Of a stretch of DNA of 64,000 bases, positions 27,502 to 41,218 are shown piece after piece. Numbering within the stretch: the first letter of the stretch is position 1; every line of letters begins with the position of its first letter. The stretch lies in NCBI GenBank assembly GCA_965235115.1, contig OZ249436.1, positions 19,222,001 to 19,286,000 on the forward strand. The letters are read 5' to 3'. Source of the DNA: Laetmonice hystrix (taxonomy: Eukaryota). The position numbers and the translations under genes are program-made. Below the pieces are notes generated by a model that did no database searches, had not been told where the DNA came from, and was given only the letters and a program-made list of their open reading frames with translations.

Positions 27502-29423
27502 ATACTGACATCATAACATGCACCGCCACCGTGAAGAACCCCCATTGCAGCGGCGTGGTAACTAGCCGTGCCACACTTCTGGTCATCACTCTGACGTTAG
27601 ATCACAGCAGGCCGATTAGATCTGTTCTGAATATCGAAAATCACACAATAATCAAGCTGGCATTTCGAGCGACAAGTAAGAGTTAACTAGGCGTCCTAAC
27701 CGGCCTAATAAGCCGGTTAGCGAGTGCAGTTTGGTGTCGGGGAACAAACGTAACCCAGTGAAGTCAATATGGCAGTGCCTAACAATCTGTCCCAGTTCTG
27801 ACACTCAACCAACCGACCATAACCCTCACACACGACACGTACGTTAATACTGACCCACATTTCTAACGACCTTCACCTTGCCCATACGGAATTATGGGTA
27901 ACCCCTCCAGTCCCGGCCGCCTCTATTTGTCAGATCTGATCTGTCACAAGATTTACACCTTTTGGGGTAAGATCCCTGTTGGATTACAGGAATTGGGACA
28001 ATTCTGGCCGATAAAGGCACATGAGCGTTAAATGTCTGTCAACAATTCACAGAAATTCAATCCAGAGGGCGCCGATCTTACTCTTCTTCAATCAATCCAA
28101 ATTATTTATTAAAATAGAAAGGAATAAGTACATTTATTTAGTCACTTATTAAATCCAGATATGCTATACTTATGGCCAGAGTGGCGGGACAGGGAGTGCC
28201 AGTGCAGATTTGATTGGCTCCAATATTTCTCGGTGTCAACCCAGGTGACAGAAAGCCCTTGCCTCTGACAAGATAGTATCTACCGTCTCCCATGTTCACG
28301 ACTAGTATACATGTATATTGACAGAAACTATAGCAAGCTTTATGGCGCAGAGTTTGGGCTAGCTTCGTTTTGTCATGCGCAAAACTGATGATCGGTAGAG
28401 CGCGCCACCTGGCGGAAGAGTTAACCACATGATACGGTTAGCCTACTGGCACCCTTTCCGTGTCTCCGTAACATTGCAAACACTACGGGGAAGAAATAAT
28501 AGAACATGGTACCTGCACAATGGGCAGGGACATCCGAGAGCTGAATATGAAACCTAATATGCTGAATCTTATTTTCTGTTGCGCTGGCGGCGTCTGTCCA
28601 GGTATAGACATCGCTTCCATCGGGAAAAGAGATAAGTATAGTAGCAGCCCCGGATGTCTCACAATATAACGCCCGTTAGCGAGAGTTCCCGAGAACGCTC
28701 GTCCCTGATTGAGGCTGCCATTGATGCTGCTTTAGTGACTTCCTGTAATGGCGAGACTTTGCGAGCTCTTGGCGAGACTTCATGTAGGGAGCGTGGGCCG
28801 AGTTTAGCCTACCCTCGAGCAGTGGTGGGGGCGTAGGAGGCGTTAGGGGGGCGTTAGGAGGGTGGGAGCCGGGAACGCTCAGGGCTGTTATGTCAGCGTT
28901 CATTTCTATCAAAGAACGCCGCCCCTCATGGTTTCATATTACCATAAAATCTGAACCTGTATGCACAGCGTCTGTGCTCTGACTGTTCTCGTTTAGTTGT
29001 CTGTATGATATTGCAGATCATAGAAAACGCTTACATCTTGATAACGCGGAGGTGGGGGGGGGGGGGTATTTCCGATCTGCATTCATATACCAGAATTAAA
29101 GCACAATCTAAAAATGTAATAGAATTAATGAGATTTGCTAGTTAACGCCAAACACAGATTATATGCGATCGATTCAGATTAAAAGAATGTATCTCTTAGT
29201 TAAAAGTGTACCAGAGCATCCCATAAAAATCCTCTACAGATAGGATTACTGTTTGTTGTTTAATACACATAATCTGTCTGACAACCTGATCAGAATATGT
29301 ATGTGAGATACGGGTAGACACAGTCTATTGTGATATGCTGACGCGTAGAATAGGACTGATCCCTTCTAATCCACCGTGTGCAGGTGGGCGGAGAACTACC
29401 GCCTACCGCATGGAAACAATGCA

Positions 29424-29502
29424 GGAGATAGAGAGATAGAGATAGAGCGACAGAGACAGGGAGAAACGGAGACAGACAGAGACAGACAGAGACAGACAGA
29501 GA
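29424..29502. repeat. AG/AGAC microsatellite
   Basis: Direct reading. Confidence 0.85.
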
Positions 29503-29601
29503 CATCCTCCGCCTCACCCTATCCCCCATCGAGCTAATCAAAGGTAACAAAATATCACCAGGGCCTTGCAGTGGATCAGTACGCCTAAAACCGACCCTAA
29601 C

Positions 29602-29815
29602 CTGTCCCAGACCATCTACGCACATGGCATCCATGTGGATCTCTGGATGCCGTCTGCCTATGTACAACAACATGTTCACATTGAGCCTGAAGCTGGCCGG
29701 GTGGCTGTGGGATCCCATTGAGTGCAATGTTTGCCGAGTATACTCGGATAGTGTGGGAAGTCTCCACCAGGTGTCGTATCCCCACCTCTCGCCGTCATTA
29801 GACCACAATTCCGAT
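29602..29815 (-). CDS. Probable penultimate coding exon of the same uncharacterised gene
   Basis: ttgtgtttag| acceptor and CAG|GTTAGG donor; 214 bp, phase 2 to 0; SELWSNDGERWGYDTWWRLPTLSEY...RRHPEIHMDAMCVDGLGQ joins in frame to the exon at 26275. Confidence 0.55.
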
Positions 29816-31155
29816 CTAAACACAACTCCAGTATTAAGACCCCACGCCCAAACGCCCACACACACCCATTATATGGACAACCGAACGTGACGTCACGGAC
29901 ACTCAAATATGACGGTACATATCCCAAATGACACGTCATGCGCGCCTGGACGTGTCGTTATGCCACCATGCCCCCTGAATATCATCAAGACCACGTGATT
30001 TTAAAGTCACTCAGGGGCGCATTTTAAAGAAATACCACCTCTATCAAATCGTATTCACGGTGATTGAATTTTCCTAAACAACTGTCCAACCAGTGGAGTA
30101 TTCAAGCAAAGCTACCACATGTATAATTTTGAAACGAATTCCTACTCTAAGTGTTAATTTACCGTCGGCCTATATTATAGGGTACATGTAGGCCTACTTA
30201 TAGAATTGTAGACCCGAGAAGAGCTATAGAGACGGGACCTACTGTGGCCTCAAGTCTTTCGATTCGTACCACCTTCAGCTTTGAACAGTTCTCGCCACTG
30301 CGGCCAACCCAAGTTCTATAATAATTAAGTGAGCCATGCCAGGCCTGACAGATTTCGCATCATACGGATACATCAACCGTCCTGAGACATAATAATTCTA
30401 CCTGTGACATTTCGAACCCGGTATCTCGTTCAGAGTCCTGCCAAGATGGGCCCCTCTGATGTTGGCAGGGGATATTCAACGAAATGTCGCCATAACTCTT
30501 CCAGATTTTTGTGCTGCTGCTGCATGCATATTGACAAGTATATGCTGACCTTTGGCACCTTAGGTATTTACTCAGTCAGTTAAGGGAAACACCGACGAGA
30601 TGTGCTGCCCAAATATTTTTTTCACTCTTTTTCTCATCAGAAAGGGCGTGAATGGTTGAAAAGGCCAGCGGTACTACTGTCTGACAGACGCCCTCACGTA
30701 CTGTTTGGAAGTACCTTGGTCAAAGGAAGCGTTCAGAACAGGTCAGCTTAATAAAAAAAAAGTCAGGCATAAGGAGTTGGCCTCTCCTATGTTGCTTGAA
30801 ATATCTTTTAAATCCACTGTAGAATGTTACATAGAACACCGGTGAGAAGTGTATGAAGGCTTTCACACGGTTATAGGAAGGACGCGGCAGAGAATAGATT
30901 TATCCAATGAGGTATGACCTTCCGAACTCAGGTTTGGATTACTATAAAACCTCAGTCCTGGTCACGTTTTCCTGTTTTTATTAGTTTTTAATTTTGGTTT
31001 TCAAGTAGCCTTCAATTTCAGACACGCTGCACTATATCGGTTCCGATAGCTGCTACTCTCTCCTCGCACTGAATGTCTGCATGCCATACACATGAAACAA
31101 CAAGTCAAACCTGAGTTTATAAAACTAAGGGCTGCAAAAATCCGTTTGGTGATGC

Positions 31156-31787
31156 ATGTTATTAGGAGAACAGGGGACGTTTGTTATCAGGGGAACAGGG
31201 AGTATGTTATCGGGAGAACAGGGGTATGTTATCAGGAGAACAGGGGGTATGTTATCAGGAGAACAGGGGGTATGTTATCAGGAGAACAGAGGTATGTTAT
31301 CAGGAGAACAGGGGGTATGTTACCAGGAGAACAGGGGGTATGTTATCAGAACAGGGGGTATGTTATCAGAACAGGGGTATGTTATCAGGAGAACAGGGGG
31401 TATGTTATCAGGAGAACAGGGGGTATGTTATCAGGAGAACAGAGGTATGTTATCAGGAGAACAGGGAGTATATTATCAGGAGAACAGGGAGTATGTTACC
31501 AGGAGAACAGGGGGTATAATATCAGGAGAACAGGGGTATGTTATCAGGAGAACAGGGGGTATGTTATCAGGAGAACAGGGGGTATGTTATCAGGAGAACA
31601 GAGGTATGTTATCAGGAGAACAGGGGTATGTTACCAGGAGAACAGGGGGTATGTTATCAGAACAGGGGTATGTTATCAGGAGAACAGGGGTATGTTATCA
31701 GGGGAACAGGGGATGTGTTATCAGTAGAACAGGGGTATGTTATCAGGGGAACAGGGGGTATGTTATCAGGAGGGCATGTTATCAGGA
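31156..31787. repeat. Minisatellite, ~20-23-bp variable unit
   Basis: g(n)tatgttatcaggagaaca tandem. Confidence 0.96.
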
Positions 31788-32620
31788 CACCGCTTTTATA
31801 AAGCACAAAAACTACGAACATTAATACTCAGACCGTATAAATTGGTGTCTGTTTGGCATGTCATATGAAACCTCCCAATAAGAAACCCTAAGTCATGTTT
31901 GGCTTCTTAAGATTGGTCCATTTTGCGAACTGAAAACAAGGGGCCTCTCTTTCCGTGTCACGTGACCGTCTGGGATCTTCACCCAACAAAATAGTCGTCC
32001 CTTATCTGAGGCATAAATCCATCTCGAGTACGCCATTAGCAAACTTTTTATTTTTATTTTCCAACACATTTGTTGAGTATTTGTTCACTTGAGGAAGGTT
32101 TTAATAATGAAATTTCTGAAGTTACGCGGTAGGCCTATACGTGCTTAGTTAAACAAAATTTAATAAACTGCGGAATTATGAATCGTAATTCAAACTGAAA
32201 CACTTAATAATTTCCATTTAATTTAGGAAAATATGAGAATTATATTTTCGGGGCGTGCGAATTCTGCATTCTATTGCTTCTGTATTATTTCTAGTTTTCC
32301 TCCAATGGTATGTCCTTTAAAATCTATACATTGAGATCATTGTAAGAGCAAGTGACGATCGTAGTCGAAAGATGAGCATTGTCTCTGCCATGATAATAGT
32401 GCATGCACACTTACACAATGTGCTTAACCTGTGTGTGTATACATACAACTATATGTGCAGTACGTACGAGTACGCCGCCAGAGAACCACGGGGTTGGCAG
32501 AGATTACGGACGTTGTCCTGGAAGCCTGACGGCGTATTGTATGGATTGACGTGGCGCCATACGTCCGTTTATTCGCCTCCCTCTGTCGTGTAGAGCCAGC
32601 GGCATTCTAACCAAACGCTG

Positions 32621-34999
32621 ACTTGGTGTACTGAACGGTTCGCAGACAATTCAAGGTCGAAATGTTGTCATATAGCCGTCATCAGTGGATAGCGGGAATA
32701 AAGTCATATAATAACACGACTTGGTGTACGGAACGGTTCGCAGACAATTCAAGGTCGAAATGTTGTCATATTGCCGTCATCATGCAGGATAGCGGGAATA
32801 AAGTCATACAATAACACGACTTGGTGTACGGAACGGGTCGCAGACAATTCAAGGTCGAACTGTTGTCATATAGCCGTCATCATGCAGGATAGCGGGAATA
32901 AAGTCATACAATAACACGACTTGGTGTACGGAACGGTTCGCAGACAATTCAAGGTCGAAATGTTGTCATATTGCCGTCATCATGCAGGATAGCGGGAATA
33001 AAGTCATACAATAACACGACTTGGTGTACGGAACGGTTCGCAGACAATTCAAGGTCGAAATGTTGTCATATAGCCGTCATCAGTGGATAGCGGGAATAAA
33101 GTCATATAATAACACGACTTGGTGTACGGAACGGGTCGCAGACAATTCAAGGTCGAACTGTTGTCATATAGCCGTCATCATGCAGGATAGCGGGAATAAA
33201 GTCATATAATAACACGACTTGGTGTGTGCTGAACGGGTCGCAGACAATTCAAGGTCGAAATGTTGTCATATAGCCGTCATCATGCAGGATAGCGGGAATA
33301 AAGTCATATAATAACACGGCTTGGTGTGCTGAACGGTTCGCAGACAATTCAAGGTCGAACTGTTGTCATATAGCCGTCATCATGCAGGATAGCGGGAATA
33401 AAGTCATACAATAACACGACTTGGTGTACGGAACGGGTCGCAGACAATTCAAGGTCGAACTGTTGTCATATAGCCGTCATCATGCAGGATAGCGGGAATA
33501 AAGTCATATAATAACACGACTTGGTGTGTGCTGAACGGGTCGCAGACAATTCAAGGTCGAAATGTTGTCATATAGCCGTCATCATGCAGGATAGCGGGAA
33601 TAAAGTCATATAATAACACGGCTTGGTGTGCTGAACGGTTCGCAGACAATTCAAGGTCGAACTGTTGTCATATAGCCGTCATCATGCAGGATAGCGGGAA
33701 TAAAGTCATACAATAACACGACTTGGTGTACGGAACGGGTCGCAGACAATTCAAGGTCGAACTGTTGTCATATAGCCGTCATCATGCAGGATAGCGGGAA
33801 TAAAGTCATATAATAACACGACTTGGTGTACGGAACGGGTCGCAGACAATTCAAGGTCGAAATGTTGTCATATAGCCGTCATCATGCAGGATAGCGGGAA
33901 TAAAGTCATATAATAACACGACTTGGTGTACGGAACGGGTCGCAGACAATTCAAGGTCGAACTGTTGTCATATAGCCGTCATCATGCAGGATAGCGGGAA
34001 TAAAGTCATATAATAACATGACTTGGTGTACTGAACGGGTCGCAGACAATTCAAGGTCGAACTGTTGTCATATAGCCGTCATCATGCAGGATAGCGGGAA
34101 TAAAGTCATACAATAACACGACTTGGTGTACGGAACGGTTCGCAGACAATTCAAGGTCGAAATGTTGTCATATTGCCGTCATCATGCAGGATAGCGGGAA
34201 TAAAGTCATATAATAACACGACTTGGTGTACGGAACGGGTCGCAGACAATTCAAGGTCGAAATGTTGTCATATAGCCGTCATCAGTGGATAGCGGGAATA
34301 AAGTCATACAATAACACGACTTGGTGTGTGCTGAACGGGTCGTAGACAATTCAAGGTCGAACTGTTGTCATATAGCCGTCATCATGCAGGATAGCGGGAA
34401 TAAAGTCATATAATAACACGACTTGGTGTACGGAACGGGTCGCAGACAATTCAAGGTCGAACTGTTGTCATATTGCCGTCATCATGCAGGATAGCGGGAA
34501 TAAAGTCATATAATAACACGACTTGGTGTGTGCTGAACGGGTCGTAGACAATTCAAGGTCGAACTGTTGTCATATAGCCGTCATCATGCAGGATAGCGGG
34601 AATAAAGTCATACAATAACACGACTTGGTGTGTGCTGAACGGGTCGTAGACAATTCAAGGTCGAACTGTTGTCATATAGCCGTCATCATGCAGGATAGCG
34701 GGAATAAAGTCATATAATAACACGACTTGGTGTGTGCTGAACGGGTCGTAGACAATTCAAGGTCGAACTGTTGTCATATAGCCGTCATCATGCAGGATAG
34801 CGGGAATAAAGTCATACAATAACACGACTTGGTGTGTGCTGAACGGGTCGCAGACAATTCAAGGTCGAACTGTTGTCATATAGCCGTCATCATGCAGGAT
34901 AGCGGGAATAAAGTCATACAATAACACGACTTGGTGTACGGAACGGGTCGCAGACAATTCAAGGTCGAACTGTTGTCATTTAGCCGTCATCAGTGGATA
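32621..34999. repeat. Satellite, 100-bp unit (98-102 variants), ~24 copies
   Basis: acttggtgta recurs at 33721, 33821, 33921, 34021. Confidence 0.98.
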
Positions 35000-36290
35000 T
35001 TTTATAACATGGCTGCAATACGCTTTCTTGCCCAGACCTCCAACTACGGACAAATCTTTGGACAACTAATTCCAGTAAGACATATTATCTGAAAGTCAAA
35101 TCCTCGAAGTGCCAGTTACCACCAAAACGCCCCCTTCTCAAAAGCAATTCTGTACAAAGTTGCACAGCCGTAATTTCGTCAGCATTCAAAAGTCTTGTTC
35201 TATTTCTAGTTCTATATCGTGCCGAAGGAGTCATCCTTTAAGTGGTCCGTCTAGCAGGGCCGTATAGTGACAAACAATCGTACGACAGGAGTTATCCTTT
35301 AAGTGCCATGGTTTGAACCATTGGCAGAGCACAGCAGCGGCGGGCGTTTTTCAAGCACTCTGTATCTCGTCAAGACCACTCGACAAATGCTGTCGGCGAC
35401 CATTGGAACACGACCCTCGACCTCTAGGGACGATCGCTCGGTCGTCATGAAATCACAAACAATCAAAGTAGCCGCAGGCATTGCTAGTTCCTCCCATCTG
35501 CGGCCTGGCCGGCGTTTAGTCGTGGGCAACAGTGGATGGAGGCAATTTGTGTACAGCAGTATTCTCGCTAGATGGCGCTGAATACGAAGGGATCCCTTGG
35601 GTTACCGAACTCCTGGCTGACTTATTGCCGAACTGGTCCGGGACATTCCGACGTGAGATCTGAGGACAATTTCACGACGTCGCAGGGGGTCGGGTAGGAA
35701 TTCAATCAGAATTCGCCAGGCTCTAACTGTCTATAATGATCTGATAAAAAAAGTGTGTTTTTCTCGTTTAAATTTCGTTTTCTTTGGCCCCTTATCACCA
35801 AGTAGGCAAGTACTGGACTCGAGTTCTATGAGAGTGTTGTGAACCATCAGAAGCTATCAGAATATCAATGGACCTAGGAATTAATAAAGTCAGAGACAGC
35901 GTAGTGAAAGTTTCGGGCCATATAAAGTTATGTTATATTAATAAAGTCCACTCCACGCGTTCCATTTGTACGGTGGTCAGATAACTTGTTTCTGTCCAAC
36001 TATAGCCATACAAAGACGTCAAACGGCCTCTACAACCTTCAATGCGTCCTAAAAATTACAGTCTTTTTTTTTTCCAAGAAGCAAAGCTCTTAAATTCTTT
36101 CTTCATAGTCCGACATCCAAGCCGTTGTGTTAAGATAGCTGTTGCACCAATTGGTTTTGTATCTCCGTGTTGACCAATTGATTTCCTGTCAATATCATGT
36201 AAACATACAGCCCTCCTCAGTCCATGATAACCTATGTTACCATCTGACCGACAGTTTACCGACTCTGTGCCGAGGTGGTCCTCATGACAG

Positions 36291-36388
36291 CCCAATAAAC
36301 AAGTCAGCTCGGATTGGCTGAGGTCGGCTATCACTGCGCATGCTCCAGTCGGCGTGACGTCACAGGGGCTGTGATCACCAGGGTAAGA
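36291..36388. promoter_or_regulatory. Putative core promoter cluster followed by a plus-strand donor
   Basis: ATTGG 36313-17, NRF1-like TGCGCATGCT 36335-44, perfect CRE TGACGTCA 36355-62, AGG|GTAAGA with GT at 36383. Confidence 0.4.
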
Positions 36389-38904
36389 CCTGCCGCCGTG
36401 TCCGTCACTGGGCCTGTCCTCTCCGTGCATAGATAAGGCCCTCCGGCCACTGCCGACGGGGGGCGCCTTGAAAGGCTTCCCCTGGGTCGACCTTGACCTT
36501 CTTAGCCAGATCAATCCCGCAGTAAAGCTTTAAACGCACTTCGCGGATATCGGACGACTTGGGCGCTGGCGGAAGACTTGCTCGCCCAAGCTCTTTAGAG
36601 AATCAATCATGGTAAATTAGGCAAGGTTTTTCTTTTACCTTCCTTCTTTTTCCTCTTGAAATTGTGTTTTCAGCAAAGGATGTGAAAGTTACTAAGGTAA
36701 TGTGTGCACAGAATAGTAATGACTCGGAAGTTTTTGTTGTTGCTTTTCCAATAATCTCTTTTTGTGAGTATTCAATTCAGATGTCAGAACTCCAAACTGT
36801 CAAAGTTTTTATAGAACTTATTCTCTGGAACAATACTATACTCCTCCAAAAATTCTGATTTGGTGTCAAATACAGCTGAGGTTAGGGCACACGTAATAAC
36901 TGTTATAAGAGAACAGAACTAGGTGGGTCGACAGGGGGCGTACAGATCCGTATGATTTAGTTTCAATACGCGCATGCTCAAAGCAATTTTGTCGTGCAAG
37001 CACCTGCGCAGGGCGCCTTGACCTCAATCATCTGTGCATCTATGCTGTACAAGCCTGAGGATGGAGCAGACAGGTCGTAACAATGGTATGCGACTCTATC
37101 TATTCGTGAACGGGACGCCCGGCGCCTGCTGCCGGGGGGTTCCCTGACTCTTGGTCCGTCTGGTCCTCCCAGCTTATATACCGCCCGCCGCGCCCTCTAC
37201 CGGTTGGCGTGATGCTCAGCGGCCGTGCTGGGCCCCAATCTGTGGTCTGTCACTGCGAGAGTTACGACCACCTCCTTGTGAAGGATGGGCCTGGGTCGGA
37301 CCGACTGGCTCATACAGCCAACATCTACATTATACCTCGGCCGCCCGACAGGCCAGCACCCTGACAGGCCCAGTCGTCTGCAGGTGTAATCCTCACTAAA
37401 TTAACGGTAGATTTTTGGCGGACAATGAGGAGCTGATCGCAGGTGTTCATGGTGAATGGAATCTTGTCTGGGAACTTTCACGGTCCGTTTGTTTGCTCGG
37501 ATTGTCGATGCGAGAGGTTCACCTGGAGCAGGATTTGGGGGAAATGAACCTACCTGAAATACGGCGGACCTCTGTAGCGGATCAAGGAGGGGGAAGTCAT
37601 CTGAAGGGCAGGACCTCCTTTTCTCCCTTTTTGACCTCATAAAGCCTTATATCCCCCGCTTTCAAAAATGGCGCACTGTGACTAGGTGTCGGTAATCGTT
37701 AGGCTTGCACAGAAGTACTTCCTTCTGAGGTAATTGTGTCGTTGTTTCCAGTGTGTTCCCAGAAACATGAGAGCCGCCTCTCGTTCCGTACCGGTGTAAC
37801 AGTCTGAAAGGGCCGGCCAGTCCAGAAGGGCCGGTTGTGTCTAGACAGCACCAAGTTCAAAGGACGCGCATGCGAGCCATAACTCACTTCCCGCGTTAGC
37901 CGAAAGTGATGCCAGCGACCGTGCCAGACGTTTCGGTTGACGCCGAAAAGGGAAGGCACACTCACCCTACCCTACCCCTAGGGTAGGGGTATCATTGTTG
38001 CCTTTCCTTGGTGCTTGCAAGTTAGAGATGTAATTGTGAATGGTATGTTAATAGGGGCCTGTGTGAATATAGCTTTGGAATCATTCTTGGTTTTATTGCA
38101 CAAAGCTAATAATGTGTCAGTTTAAGAAGTTTGTAATAGGGCCGATAAGTGTGTTTTAAACCCTATTTTGTTGTTGTCTGCTATAGGCTCGACTCCAGAC
38201 ACGCATATAAGACCTATAATCGTGTATGAAGAAGTTATACATTTTAGGTTCATTTTCGTCCATTTTGTTTGTCGCAACAGGGATTTAGGAAGGACATATT
38301 TTACTGATCCACAGTAGTCATCATCAGGATTTCTCGCCGGAGGGGGGGGGGGGGGTCGACGATGTGGCGGACAAAGCCCCCACATCAGGAGCGGTGAAGG
38401 CGTGCATAAATATCGACCTAGGCCTATAACAAAACTGTATATACTTTGTTATATGCTTGTCCCATTTACGCGATAATGACAGAATATTTCCCCATAATTT
38501 TATTACCGAAATGTCAAAGAAATGTTTCTTACAAGTTATTTCTACAAGATAAATATAGGCCTATTGCACAGGTCAAATTTTGTGTATTTACTTATTATTT
38601 CTACGGAATAAAGATACTATTTCCAGTACAAGTTGCCATGTATTTCTGCCCGCTAAAAGAAACCCACTCGATTGATGCATAACTTGCCGATGACAGACTA
38701 TAGCTGGTATGAATTCTATATAGGCTTACTTTGCCCGGAACTTTCAGACCACCTGCATGGTCGGCCCTTCTGCGTTACATGTAGTTTAAGTTTGTGTGTT
38801 TACTTATTAATTCTACGGAATAAAGTAAGTATTTCCAGCTCCCTTGTATATGTCCGCCAGGAAACCCACTGCACTGTTCCTATTTTAACCGGAACTTTCA
38901 GCAC

Positions 38905-39240
38905 TGGCCCTTGTGACACGGTACTTTCAGCCCACCCGGCCCTTGTGGCACGGTACTTTCAGCCCACCCGGCCCTTGTGGCACGGTACTTTCAGCCCACC
39001 TGGCCCTTGTGGCACGGTACTTTCAGCCCACCCGGCCCTTGTGGCACGGTACTTTCAGCCCACCCGGCCCTTGTGGTACGGTACTTTCAGCCCACCTGGC
39101 CCTTGTGGCACGGTACTTTCAGCCCACCTGGCCCTTCTGGCACGGTACTTTCAGCCCACCCGGCCCTTCTGGCACGGTACTTTCAGCCCACCCGGCCCTT
39201 CTGGCACGGTACTTTCAGCCCACCTGGCCCTTCTGGCACG
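38905..39240. repeat. Minisatellite, 32-bp unit, ~10 copies
   Basis: cggcccttgtggcacggtactttcagcccacc tandem. Confidence 0.97.
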
Positions 39241-39527
39241 TTACATACAACGTGGCAGAAGGGCTGGGTGTAGTGGCTTCATTCCGGCGCATGCGCACCT
39301 ACAGGAACCGGCCCGTCTGGCACGCCGGCCGGTCCGGACCGTCACACCGGCTGCGTAAGCTTGTTCTGGTGAGGGTTCCCCCAACCTTGCGGGAGGGGAG
39401 GGGGCCTTCAGCCTGCCAGGCCTATTGACAAATGGCCCGCTCAATCCCTTAATCTTATCAGCGAATGTAAAAGGATTATCAAACAAACATAAACGCACGC
39501 TCAATAATCGTTTCTCAAATGGGCTGG

Positions 39528-40006
39528 AATACACTGGTACCCTAGGCAGTACATGATAAATACACTGGTACTCTAGGCAGTACGGCATTAATACACCATA
39601 CTCTAGGTAGTATGGGGGTTATACAGTGGTACTCTAATAGCACAGGACAAATACACTGGTAGAGAGGTGCATGATAAATACGCTGGCACTCTAGGTACTA
39701 TAGCTACAGGATAAATATACCGGTACTCTAGGTACTACATGATAAATATACTGGTACTCTAGGTATTCAGGATAAATATACTTGTACTCTAGGCACTATA
39801 GGATAATATACTGACACTCTAGGTACTATAGATGATAAATATATTGGTATTCTAGGTACTGCAGGATAAACATACCGGTCCTCTTGGTACTACAGGACAA
39901 ATATACTGGTACTGTACTATACAGGGCACCCTACTCTAGGATATAAGATTAGTAGGGAATAATACTGGTACTGCAGACATGATAAATACGTTGGTACTCG
40001 AGGTAG
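39528..40006. repeat. Old degenerate ~30-bp minisatellite
   Basis: Recurring ataaatatactggtactctaggtact. Confidence 0.8.
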
Positions 40007-41112
40007 TTTTCACATCTGGTGCACATATTAAAATGACCAGAAATAATAATGCCTATCACATCTTGGGAGGTGGGGGCTATTTTGTCTATCTGGGCCAGTC
40101 ATTCAGAGAGATTATATGTTTTGGTACTTTTTTTGAGAATTTCCTACATACATCATAATTAATACTTCAGTTGTAATAAGATGGGGTCGTGTTCTCCTTC
40201 ATCCTGTCTGGGAGGAGAAAACATGGAGTTTGTTTTCTAAACGTGATTAACAACTTATAAGTTGTAAATGGTGACTTGATTATAAAAGAACAAGGTATAC
40301 ACTCAATATCCTGCAGAGAGTTGCAGAACTTATCAAGATCAGGAAATCATCGAGTCAGTCCGAGTAACGTGACCATTCTTCGACCTACAACCTCCGTCCG
40401 CCAACTTCTCCCTGATCCAATATCATAACTATTCATGAATAAGCACATTCCGCCAATACTCCACATGTTGTCGCCAGCTGAAATGGCAGCTTTATACTGC
40501 CGCTACTTTGGCGGCCTGGCGCTTGGTCTCAGCACCGATCGGTTCAATCAGCTGGTGTCGGGCTGGCGGGGCTCACCCTGACGTGTTTTAGCACCCCCTG
40601 CCCCCACCCCCTCCTGACGCCCCCAGACGCTGCGAGCAGCGTTCACCCCACCCTGATGAGTACACGCTGAGGTCACCCATACTGACCTTGCGACATCAGA
40701 CTCTGGCTAATTACCCCCGGATCAAGTCTTATTCCACCCCTTGACTTTACCCCACCCTCTCTGACCCCCGGACACGTCGGGAGTCCGCATACAAACCCTT
40801 AGTTCGTGTTTCTAAGTACGCCGGATCTCTGCAGGTAACGATAAAACGCGTGTGGTCTAAAAATAAAATTAATGAGTAGGAGAAATAGAAAAAAATAAAT
40901 ATATAAACACTGAACACATTGACACACTGGTCCAGGCCATCCCCAGACAGAAAGAAATCATTCTGAGAACGTTAGAAGGTTTCCTGCCCGTACTCAATCT
41001 TAGACAGCAAGATTATTATTACAATTACTTACTCCTTGACACCCCTAGCAACTGTTAATTAAAACAATACCTTCACAACGATTAATCTAGAGTTTAATTT
41101 CTCTCGTTACAG

Positions 41113-41139
41113 ATGAACGTCTCTCTGCCGTGACCGGTG
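41113..41139 (+). CDS. Candidate 27-nt symmetric microexon
   Basis: ttaatttctctcgttacag| acceptor and GTG|GTATGT donor; phase-1 reading (D)ERLSAVTG. Confidence 0.3.
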
Positions 41140-41218
41140 GTATGTTTCATTCCAGTCCGGCGGGGAAATGGCTCACTCTTCTCCAGCCGTCAGATTACTC
41201 CGCCAAGCTCAACCGGAA

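Noticed and set aside
30698..30750. Minus-strand segment with good acceptor and GTGAG donor as an upstream exon of the 26-30 kb gene
   Set aside because: Stop codons in all three frames
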